Positions 56,062-64,000 of a stretch of 64,000 nt of DNA are shown piece by piece. Where the stretch lies: contig CBDAFS010000031.1 of the NCBI GenBank assembly GCA_965195285.1, positions 4,371 to 68,370 on the forward strand, read 5' to 3'. How positions within the stretch are numbered: the stretch's first letter is position 1; each line of letters starts with the position of its first letter. The stretch is from an uncultured Aminicenantes bacterium. GTDB taxonomy: Bacteria > Acidobacteriota > Aminicenantia > UBA2199. The notes below the pieces were generated by a model, which was not told the origin of the DNA, did no database searches, and worked only from the letters and a program-made list of their open reading frames with translations. The position numbers were made by a program, and so were the translations under genes.

Positions 56062-57093
56062 TTATTCCCAGTTTAAGAGGACTTTGCCGGATTGGCCGGA
56101 TTCCATGATATCAAAGGCTTTTTGATACTGGTTTATGTGGAACCGGTGGGTAATGATCGGAGAAATATCCAGTCCGGACAGAACCATTTGTTCCATCTTG
56201 TACCAGGTCTCAAACATTTCCCTGCCGTAAATGCCTTTTAAATGCAGGGCTTTGAATATGAATTCATCCCACTGGATCCGGGTGGTTGATGGCAATATGC
56301 CCAGGAGTGCAATTTTGGAACCATTGTACATATTGCTGATCATGTCGTTAAAGGCCTGGGGAGATCCGGACATTTCAAGACCCACATCAAAACCGACCAT
56401 TCCCAATTCCCTGACCACATCCGATATTTTTTCATTTCGGGGATCAATGGCTCTGGTGGCTCCCATTTTCCGGGCAATCTCAAGGCGGTATTCTACCAGG
56501 TCGGTGACCACAATATAGCGGGCTCCGGCAAATCGACTGATGGCTACGGCCATGTTTCCGATCAATCCGGCCCCGGTGATCAATACATCCTCGCCGATAA
56601 CCGGAAATGAGAGCGCGGTATGGGTGGCATTTCCGAAGGGATCAAAAATGGCCACGATATCATCACTGATCTTGGGATTGATCTTGATGACATTCTGGGA
56701 GGGAATGGCCACATATTCGGCAAATGCCCCATCTCGATTTACCCCCACGCCGACGGTGTTTTCGCAAACGTGTTTCTTGCCTCTCCGGCAGTTTCGGCAA
56801 TGACCGCAGGCGATGTGTCCTTCTCCGGTCACGCGTTCGCCGATTTCCAGATCCTCCACTCCGGATCCTTTGCGGGCAATGGTTCCCACATATTCATGGC
56901 CGATAACCATGGGGGTTTTGATGGTTTTTCGTGCCCAGTCATTCCACAGGTAGATATGCAGATCGGTTCCGCAAATGGCGGTTTTTTTTATCTTGATCAA
57001 TACATCGTTGATGCCGATTTCGGGGATATCCACGTTGTCCATCCAGATACCCTTGCCCGGTTGTTTCTTAACCAGTGCTTTCATTGTTGTCAT
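56062..57093 (-). CDS. tdh: L-threonine 3-dehydrogenase (Zn-dependent MDR family)
   Basis: 343-aa [56 protein letters not shown] closely parallels enterobacterial Tdh. Also has the [10 protein letters not shown] structural Zn site. Confidence 0.9.
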   Translation of the reverse strand: MTTMKALVKKQPGKGIWMDNVDIPEIGINDVLIKIKKTAICGTDLHIYLWNDWARKTIKTPMVIGHEYVGTIARKGSGVEDLEIGERVTGEGHIACGHCRNCRRGKKHVCENTVGVGVNRDGAFAEYVAIPSQNVIKINPKISDDIVAIFDPFGNATHTALSFPVIGEDVLITGAGLIGNMAVAISRFAGARYIVVTDLVEYRLEIARKMGATRAIDPRNEKISDVVRELGMVGFDVGLEMSGSPQAFNDMISNMYNGSKIALLGILPSTTRIQWDEFIFKALHLKGIYGREMFETWYKMEQMVLSGLDISPIITHRFHINQYQKAFDIMESGQSGKVLLNWE

Positions 57094-57238
57094 TGTTTAC
57101 CTCATTGCAGGTTAGTTTAAAAACCATAATATTGGGGAATTTGATTTCCCTGAAGTTAAATTGTAAGAAAAAATGGTTTATTTTTCAAGACACCCTGGTT
57201 ATTCGTTTTGCCAGTTGAAATATATTTTTTAAAATACT

Positions 57239-59128
57239 ATGATTATGCTTAATATCAACATGAAAAAATTTATTTTACTGATTTTGCTATTCTCAATAGG
57301 CTGTTTGTTGGTCAAGGCAGCCCAGCCAGCGGAAGTGAAGTTCCCCTCGATGGTTTTTAAAGGGAAAATATTGAAGTTGAAAGATATCGGGTTGTTTGAC
57401 CGGATCTATGTGAACGGAACAGAAATAAAATCCGATCAAATTGTTTTTTCACAAACCGGTACCCACACAATTACTGTGGTTCAGGGAGACCGTGAATTGA
57501 TCTTCAGTGTATATTCCCTGGAAGGAATTCTTACCCTGCTTCCGCCCCTGATCGCCATTATTCTGGCCCTGATTTTCAAGGAAGTAGTGGTTTCATTGTT
57601 TGTGGGCATTTTTACCGGTGCCCTGCTGTTGAGCCGCTTTGATTTTATCAATGCCTTTTTTAATGTGATTGACAAATATATTATCAATGCCATTGCCGAT
57701 AAAGACCGGGCTTCCATTCTGGTTTTCACCTTGTTGTTGGGCGGGATGGTGGGAATCATTACCAAATCCGGAGGCGTGAAAGGAATCGTTGAGGGTCTCT
57801 CACGACGGGTTAAGTCGGAGAGAGGCACCCAGTTTTATACCTGGTTGATGGGGATTTTGATATTTTTTGATGATTATACCAATACCCTGATCGTAGGGAA
57901 CACCATGCGGCCACTTACGGATAAATGGAAAGTATCCCGGGAAAAACTCTCCTATATTGTCGATTCCACAGCTGCTCCCATGGCTTCCATTGCCCTGATC
58001 TCCACCTGGATCGGATTTGAAATCTCTTTGATTGACCAATCGCTGAAAGCGTATGGATTTCAATATGATGCCTATCAGATTTTTTTGGCTTCACTGCCTT
58101 ATCGATTTTATCCCATTCTGGCCTTATTATTAGTCATGTTGGTTTTTACCCTCAGAAGGGATTTCGGACCCATGCTGAAAGCGGAAAAAAGAGCCAGCAG
58201 AGGCCAATTACTCAGTGATGAGGCTGTTCCCCTGGCTGATTTTGAGAGTTCCGGCCTGAATCCTTCGGAATCCACTCCGCACCGCTGGTTCAACGGTTTG
58301 ATTCCCATTGTGGTGGTCATTGTTTTTACCTTCGGAGGGCTTTACATTTCAGGTGTGAACCGGTTGCTTTCCAATGGGAATCCGCTGGCAGAAAAATCAT
58401 TTTTTCAGGTGGTTTTTTCCAGCAGTGGTTTTAAGGATCTGGGAACCATTATTTCCACGGCAAATTCTTTTGAAGTGCTTCTCTGGGCTTCACTGATGGG
58501 AGTCATTACCGCACTCGGTCTGGCTTTTTTTCAGAAGATACTGTCCCTGAGGGAAGGCATTTCATCCCTGGTTCAGGGAATGAAATCCATGATGATGGCC
58601 GTTGTTATTCTGGTTCTGGCCTGGTCGCTGGGAGTGGTATTAGTGGAATTACACACGGCAGATTTTCTGGTCTCTTTGTTGTCTTCATCACTCGACTATC
58701 AATTGTTTCCGGCCCTGGTCTTTGTTTTTTCAGCCCTTATTGCCTTTTCAACCGGAACGTCCTGGGGGACCATCGGGATCATGTATCCCCTGGTTATCCC
58801 CATCACCATCGGATTGGGCAGAGGTTTACCGGATTTAAAATACTTTATCATTCTCACCATTTCATCGGTACTGGCAGGCGCCGTGTTTGGAGATCATTGC
58901 TCCCCCATATCGGACACCACCATTATGAGCTCAATGGCCTCATCCTGTGATCATATTGATCATGTCAAGACCCAGATCCCCTATGCACTACTGGCGGCAT
59001 CGGTTGCGCTTTTCTGCGGGATTATCCCGGTTTCCTATGGCTTTCCCTATATCCTGTCTGTTTTGATATCTGTTGGAATCATCAGCCTGATTTTACTGGT
59101 AGCGGGTAAGAAGAGCCGGGGAAACTGA
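57239..59128 (+). CDS. NhaC-family Na+/H+ antiporter-like transporter with an extra N-terminal extracytoplasmic segment
   Basis: 629-aa ORF; the likely start is ATG 57260 (MKKFILLILLFSIGCLL). A soluble-looking region of about 70 aa is followed by many TM helices, with the NhaC-type FFDDY..NT motif. Confidence 0.8.
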   Translation: MIMLNINMKKFILLILLFSIGCLLVKAAQPAEVKFPSMVFKGKILKLKDIGLFDRIYVNGTEIKSDQIVFSQTGTHTITVVQGDRELIFSVYSLEGILTLLPPLIAIILALIFKEVVVSLFVGIFTGALLLSRFDFINAFFNVIDKYIINAIADKDRASILVFTLLLGGMVGIITKSGGVKGIVEGLSRRVKSERGTQFYTWLMGILIFFDDYTNTLIVGNTMRPLTDKWKVSREKLSYIVDSTAAPMASIALISTWIGFEISLIDQSLKAYGFQYDAYQIFLASLPYRFYPILALLLVMLVFTLRRDFGPMLKAEKRASRGQLLSDEAVPLADFESSGLNPSESTPHRWFNGLIPIVVVIVFTFGGLYISGVNRLLSNGNPLAEKSFFQVVFSSSGFKDLGTIISTANSFEVLLWASLMGVITALGLAFFQKILSLREGISSLVQGMKSMMMAVVILVLAWSLGVVLVELHTADFLVSLLSSSLDYQLFPALVFVFSALIAFSTGTSWGTIGIMYPLVIPITIGLGRGLPDLKYFIILTISSVLAGAVFGDHCSPISDTTIMSSMASSCDHIDHVKTQIPYALLAASVALFCGIIPVSYGFPYILSVLISVGIISLILLVAGKKSRGN

Positions 59129-59131
59129 AAG

Positions 59132-60775
59132 TCACGCCTTCATTTTCTCCCTGATTGATTTAAGGGATTCGATACCGATAAAGGCTCCCAGAATAACCAG
59201 AATAAAGGCGGTAATGGCCAGTACCGTATCTCCGGTGTTTTTTAAGAATCCTCCGATATATTGAAAAATTAACAGATAGAGCAGGGAGGCCTCGGTGACC
59301 AGCCACATGAAAATAGAGGGGATCAAGCTGTAGAGGACTGGCCTTTTAATGCCGGCAAAATAGGCTGTAACCGTAAAAAGTGCCAGTGCAGCGATTAATT
59401 GATTGGCGCTTCCAAATATGGGCCAGATGATATTCCAGCTATTGGATTTGGCAAGCACATAGGCGAAAAGGACTCCAATCAACCCCGCTACCCAGCGATT
59501 GGACAGGGCAGACTTTTTTTTAAACAGGGATTCCTGAAACACAAAACGACTCAACCGAACCGCGGTATCCAGGCTGGTCAGGACAAAGGCATTGAGCATC
59601 AATATCCCAAAGGATACGGCCAGGTCGAAGGGGATGCCGATGGCTGATACCGCCCGGCCGAAACCGTGGCCAAAAGCAATGATGGGGCCTTTTTTCATTA
59701 GATCCTGAAATATGAAATCAGATAATGCCTGGGGTGCTTCATTCCAGAACAGGGCCGAGGCCATCAGTATCAATACCAGCAGGGCCAGAACACCTTCAAA
59801 AATCATTCCACCGGCACCGATAAATTTGCCGCTGCTTTCCCGGTTTAATTGTTTGGCTGTGGTTCCGGATGCTACCAGTGAATGAAACCCGGAGATGGCA
59901 CCGCAGGCCACAATCACAAACAGCATGGGAATCAGGGGTGTGTTGCTGGAAATGAATACGGTATGGAATGGCCCGTTGATATTCGGATGAAGGATTATAA
60001 GCCCGGCATAACCCAGGATTAAGCCCACAAAAAGAATGGTCATTGACAGATAATCCCGGGGTTGCAGCAGTACCCATACCGGTATTGAGGAAGCAATATA
60101 GGCATAAAACAAAAAAACAAAAAACCAAAGGTCAAAAGAGGCCACAATTGGATAGCGGTAGCCCAGCTGGACCAGAAAGACAATGATCACCCAGGCGACC
60201 AGGGTGGCCGGAATTAAATTAATCCTGAGCCTGTAAACTGCCAGTCCAAATAAGGAGGCCAGGGCAACCAATCCCAGGGTGGGAATCACAATTTCAGGTT
60301 TCTCGGCCAGTGTTTTAGCTGTGATCACCGAGAAAACGGCTACAATCAGGACGAGGCTCAGCCAGACAAAGATGGAAAACATCCATTTTGCTGTTGGAGA
60401 TATCACTTGACCTGAAATCTCGGTTATACTGATTCCCCGATTCCGGGTCGAAACCATCAATGAAAAATAGTCGTGAATGATACCGATGAAGGCGGTACCC
60501 AGAAGTATCCACAACAGTGCTGCCCCCCATCCAAAAAGGGCGTAGGCCAGTATGGGGCCGACAATGGGCCCGGCTCCGGCAATGGAAGAAAAATGATGTC
60601 CGAACAAGAGGGGTTTCGGAGATGGTACGTAGTCTATACCGTCGTTCAGGACATGGGCCGGCGTTCTGCGGGTGTCATCCGGTTTGATGACTTTTTTATC
60701 GATTCGCTTTACATAAAACCGATAAATCAGGAAAAACCAGAGCAGTCCGGCAATCAGGATTAGGGTTGAATTCAC
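59132..60775 (-). CDS. cstA: Carbon starvation protein A family transporter
   Basis: 547-aa polytopic ORF with FGHHFSSIAGAGPIVGP and GFHSLVASGTTAKQ signatures of CstA. Confidence 0.85.
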   Translation of the reverse strand: MNSTLILIAGLLWFFLIYRFYVKRIDKKVIKPDDTRRTPAHVLNDGIDYVPSPKPLLFGHHFSSIAGAGPIVGPILAYALFGWGAALLWILLGTAFIGIIHDYFSLMVSTRNRGISITEISGQVISPTAKWMFSIFVWLSLVLIVAVFSVITAKTLAEKPEIVIPTLGLVALASLFGLAVYRLRINLIPATLVAWVIIVFLVQLGYRYPIVASFDLWFFVFLFYAYIASSIPVWVLLQPRDYLSMTILFVGLILGYAGLIILHPNINGPFHTVFISSNTPLIPMLFVIVACGAISGFHSLVASGTTAKQLNRESSGKFIGAGGMIFEGVLALLVLILMASALFWNEAPQALSDFIFQDLMKKGPIIAFGHGFGRAVSAIGIPFDLAVSFGILMLNAFVLTSLDTAVRLSRFVFQESLFKKKSALSNRWVAGLIGVLFAYVLAKSNSWNIIWPIFGSANQLIAALALFTVTAYFAGIKRPVLYSLIPSIFMWLVTEASLLYLLIFQYIGGFLKNTGDTVLAITAFILVILGAFIGIESLKSIREKMKA

Positions 60776-60944
60776 GAATTTCCTCCTTATTGTATCATTA
60801 TAAATTGATGCTTCCCGGTTTTCAATATTGAATTTATATTTATTTTATATTGCTTTCCATATTAGAATTTGGTATCTTAGTATCCTGACACAGATCAGAA
60901 GACTGAGATTTCTTTTTTTCAACAGTGTTCCGAGGAGGATTTGA

Positions 60945-61550
60945 ATGGTTACCAAGAAAGCGACCAATGTGGTCTGGCATGAGCATAAGGTTAAACCTCA
61001 GGATCGGGAAACCTTACTGGATCAAAAGGGTGTGGTGTTGTGGTTTACCGGGTTGCCTTCCAGTGGGAAATCCACCATTGCCAATGAAGTTGCCTTCCAG
61101 CTCCATAAGCTGGGGAAATTTTCCTATGTCCTGGATGGTGATAATATCCGGCATGGTTTGAATAAAGATCTTGGTTTTTCACCGGAAGACAGAGAAGAAA
61201 ATATCCGCCGTATTTCCGAGGTGGCTCACCTGTTTGCGGATTCCGGAGCCATTGCCATTACCGCTTTTGTCTCACCTTACCGCAAAGACCGTGATTTCTG
61301 CCGCCAATTATTGGGGGGGGATCGTTTTTTTGAAATTCTGGTGAAAGCGGATCTGAAAACCTGTGAGAAGCGAGATCCCAAGGGAATGTATAAGAGAGCC
61401 ATCAAAGGGGAAATCAAAGAATTTACCGGGATTTCCGCTCCCTATGAAGAACCGTTGCATCCGGAAATCGTACTGGATACAGATTCCCTGAGTATTGAAG
61501 AAGAAACCGAAATGGTGATTGACCATCTTCGAAAAAAAGGAATCATTTAA
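60945..61550 (+). CDS. cysC: Adenylylsulfate (APS) kinase
   Basis: 201-aa ORF with VLWFTGLPSSGKSTIA, LDGDNIRHGLNKDLGFS and FVSPYR. Confidence 0.9.
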   Translation: MVTKKATNVVWHEHKVKPQDRETLLDQKGVVLWFTGLPSSGKSTIANEVAFQLHKLGKFSYVLDGDNIRHGLNKDLGFSPEDREENIRRISEVAHLFADSGAIAITAFVSPYRKDRDFCRQLLGGDRFFEILVKADLKTCEKRDPKGMYKRAIKGEIKEFTGISAPYEEPLHPEIVLDTDSLSIEEETEMVIDHLRKKGII

Positions 61551-61618
61551 ATGGCTTGTTTTTCCGTATGTCAAACTGATTTTTTTTAATGTGAATAAAA
61601 AAAAACAGGAGAACCAAA

Positions 61619-62875
61619 ATGAAAAAATTTAAAAAACGGGCATTTTTTGTCGCTTTTTTCTCAGCTTTTTTGCTGGTTTTTTATGTAGCTATCAATGCAG
61701 TTCCTGCTCAAGATGAGAAAGATATAATACAGAGAGTCAGGGCCGCCATTGTTGCCCGGGGTGCTGACTGGCAGGCCGGGGAAACTTCTATGACCGCGCT
61801 CTCGAAAGAGGAAAGGCAGAAGCGGCTGGGGGCCTTAATCCCGGAAATTGAAAACCCCAAAAAAATGATTTATTCTGGTCCTCTGGTTTCAACCCCGGTA
61901 AAGATGGATTGGCGGAACCAGCTGGGAGAAAATTTCATCAGTTCGGTAAAAAACCAGGCCAGCTGTGGCAGCTGCTGGGCATTTGCCATCGTAGCGGTCA
62001 TGGAAGCCATGTACAACATTGAAAATTCCACTCCCTACGGGCAGGGCAATTTTGTCTCCCAGAATTTTGAACTGGATCTTTCCGAGCAGTTCCTGGTTTC
62101 CTGTTCCGATGCCGGTGATTGTCAGGGGGGGTATCCCGATGAGGCTGCCGATTATATTAAGAGAAATGGTATTGCCAAGGAAGAGTTTTTACCCTATGCG
62201 GCTGCCGATGCTCCCTGTAATCCTGCCCCGGACTGGATCAATCAGATATACTCAATTGAAGACTGGGGATTTGTCACCCAGGGAATCGAAGATCGGGAAG
62301 CCATCTACAATGCCCTTCAAAATGGGCCGATTTCTCTTTATATGGTTATCTACACTGATTTTTACAGCTATCAATCCGGAATATACGAACATACATTCGG
62401 TGAAGTTGAAGGCGGTCATGCCATACTGCTGGTGGGATATGATAAGGGTGGTAACTACTGGATTTGCAAGAATTCCTGGGGTGAGAACTGGGGAGAAAAC
62501 GGATATTTTAAAATCAAGATGGGTCAATGCCAATCAGGAACCTGGATGGTTGCAGCCTGGGGAGTTATCCCCCCTTCATTTTATCCTCCGGCCAATGTAG
62601 CCGGTAGCAAGGTTGAAAATAAATCACTGCTTCTTAGTGAATATGGAAATTTGATTATTTGGGAACCCAATCCCATGAACACCGGGATCAATGTCACCAA
62701 GTACAGGATTTATGAACAGCAATATGGTCACTGGATCCAGTTGGGCGAAGTGGATGCCAGTGAATTTGAATACTTTCACCGGAACATTGACCAGTATATG
62801 CAGCAGGAATATGCAGTCACAGCTATTTCTGATAACAACCAGGAAAGTTGTGCCGGATTTATCACCGTATTTTAA
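61619..62875 (+). CDS. Secreted papain-family (C1A) cysteine protease with a C-terminal beta-sandwich-like extension
   Basis: 418-aa ORF with a signal peptide, catalytic Cys in QASCGSCWAF, His in GGHAILLVGYD and Asn/Trp in KNSWGENWGENGYF. There are about 100 extra C-terminal residues. Confidence 0.9.
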   Translation: MKKFKKRAFFVAFFSAFLLVFYVAINAVPAQDEKDIIQRVRAAIVARGADWQAGETSMTALSKEERQKRLGALIPEIENPKKMIYSGPLVSTPVKMDWRNQLGENFISSVKNQASCGSCWAFAIVAVMEAMYNIENSTPYGQGNFVSQNFELDLSEQFLVSCSDAGDCQGGYPDEAADYIKRNGIAKEEFLPYAAADAPCNPAPDWINQIYSIEDWGFVTQGIEDREAIYNALQNGPISLYMVIYTDFYSYQSGIYEHTFGEVEGGHAILLVGYDKGGNYWICKNSWGENWGENGYFKIKMGQCQSGTWMVAAWGVIPPSFYPPANVAGSKVENKSLLLSEYGNLIIWEPNPMNTGINVTKYRIYEQQYGHWIQLGEVDASEFEYFHRNIDQYMQQEYAVTAISDNNQESCAGFITVF

Positions 62876-62922
62876 TACGGTTGATATAAATTTGGCCCCG
62901 CCTGGATCAGTGGGGATAGCGT

Positions 62923-63987
62923 ATGAGTGAGCCTGTTTATTTTATCAAAGTTGTTCATTCCGAAGAAGATTTGATTATCTCAAAAAAGATTCAAGAATTG
63001 ATTCTAAAGCAAAATCTACTTTCATTTATAGAACCCAGGGATTTTGTGGCTATAAAAACCCATTTTGGCGAGGAGGGTACTCAGGGTTATGTGCGTCCAT
63101 TGCATTTCAAGATGCTGGGCAAATTACTTAAAGATATCGGGGCTTTTCCCTTTTTAACCGAAACGTCAACCCTGTACCGGGGAAGACGCTCCAATGCCAT
63201 TGAGCATATTCAACTGGCCTTTGAGCATGGTTTTTCAGTCCGGGAAACCGGACTGCCCATTATCATGTCCGACGGGTTATTGGGTGATGACGAGGTAGAA
63301 ATTAATATAAATGCCAGAATATATCAGAAAGTGGGGATTGCCAAATTACTGGAGAAATCACAATCTATGGTTCTGGTATCTCACTTTACCGGCCATATGT
63401 TATCCGGTTTCGGGGCAGCGCTGAAAAATCTGGGTATGGGTTGTGCCAGCCGAAAAGGCAAGTTGATCCAGCACTCTACAGCCAAACCCTCCATCAAAAC
63501 ATCAAAGTGCACGGGATGCGGAGAATGTATGAAGTGGTGTCCGGCCGATGCCATTACAGTGGTGGACGGAATTGCCCGGATTGACCGGAATGCTTGTATC
63601 GGCTGCGGGGAGTGTCTGGCCATATGCCGGTTTGATGCGGTGGGATATAACTGGTTGGAAACCCATGAAAATCTTCAAAAAAAAATGGTCGAGCATGCCC
63701 TGGGAGTCATGAAGTCCAAAAGGGGAAAGATCATCTGTATCAATTTCCTGACCCGTATCACCAAGGATTGTGACTGCATGAGGGGGTATAACCGGATTGC
63801 GCCGGACATAGGGGTTTTGCTCTCCCATGATCCGGTGGCTGTAGATGCCGCTTCTGTTGACCTGATTGAGAGAACCGTGGGGAAAAAATGGTCCCAGCTG
63901 ACTTTTGATATTCCCAACCGGGTTCAGATCGAATACGCTGCCGAAATCGGCCTGGGCAACCCCGATTACCAACTGATGGAAATGTAG
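62923..63987 (+). CDS. DUF362-domain protein with an inserted 2x[4Fe-4S] ferredoxin module
   Basis: 354-aa ORF with VAIKTHFGE near the N-terminus, CTGCGECMKWCP and CIGCGECLAICR, and the C-terminal DCDC motif typical of the DUF362 family. Confidence 0.8.
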   Translation: MSEPVYFIKVVHSEEDLIISKKIQELILKQNLLSFIEPRDFVAIKTHFGEEGTQGYVRPLHFKMLGKLLKDIGAFPFLTETSTLYRGRRSNAIEHIQLAFEHGFSVRETGLPIIMSDGLLGDDEVEININARIYQKVGIAKLLEKSQSMVLVSHFTGHMLSGFGAALKNLGMGCASRKGKLIQHSTAKPSIKTSKCTGCGECMKWCPADAITVVDGIARIDRNACIGCGECLAICRFDAVGYNWLETHENLQKKMVEHALGVMKSKRGKIICINFLTRITKDCDCMRGYNRIAPDIGVLLSHDPVAVDAASVDLIERTVGKKWSQLTFDIPNRVQIEYAAEIGLGNPDYQLMEM

Positions 63988-64000
63988 ATCAAAATCAATC

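Noticed and set aside
1-64000. rRNA, tRNA, tmRNA or riboswitch genes
   Set aside because: No intergenic stretch showed cloverleaf-type or other recognisable conserved RNA structure by eye. Most intergenic gaps are under 150 nt. A covariance-model scan would be needed to be certain.

Overview
This 64-kb window looks like chromosomal DNA from an anaerobic, Gram-negative, probably uncultivated bacterium. LPS genes (kdsA, kdsD, kdsC, lpxH) support the Gram-negative call. HdrABC-like genes, a four-subunit 2-oxoacid:ferredoxin oxidoreductase (OFOR) and an aldehyde:ferredoxin oxidoreductase (AOR) support anaerobiosis. I call about 50 protein genes and saw no rRNA, tRNA or CRISPR array. Core content, left to right: (1) an hdrC-hdrB-OFOR(delta, alpha, beta, gamma)-hdrA operon; (2) a secreted unknown plus a TPR protein; (3) an APC permease fused to two USP domains; (4) a stand-alone glutamine amidotransferase (GATase); (5) an IcmF-centred acyl-CoA cluster with two acyl-CoA dehydrogenases, a hydroxyacyl-CoA dehydrogenase, a thiolase and a three-gene biotin carboxylase; (6) a CRTAC1/ASPIC-like protein; (7) arsR-arsM; (8) a Y1 (IS200/RAYT-like) transposase element; (9) HDAC-like and metzincin-TPR proteins; (10) a GMP-synthase-like ATP pyrophosphatase (PPase), AOR, aminotransferase, unknown and homoserine dehydrogenase cluster; (11) a PAS hybrid kinase and a LarA-like gene; (12) the LPS genes, ftsK, tdh, nhaC-like, cstA, cysC, a papain-like protease and a DUF362-ferredoxin protein. 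The main candidate for something new is a visibly AT-rich island of about 8.9 kb (c. 10.95-19.8 kb). It carries a SIR2-like protein with a substituted catalytic His, a small convergent ORF, and a large Ank-TPR-CHAT caspase-like protease that appears to have a signal peptide. It also carries a CHASE2 membrane protein with no output domain and a secreted FecR-like protein. The island genes share duplicated promoter-region motifs, one with sigma-54 -24/-12 geometry. All family calls come from reading translated motifs by eye; no database search was possible.
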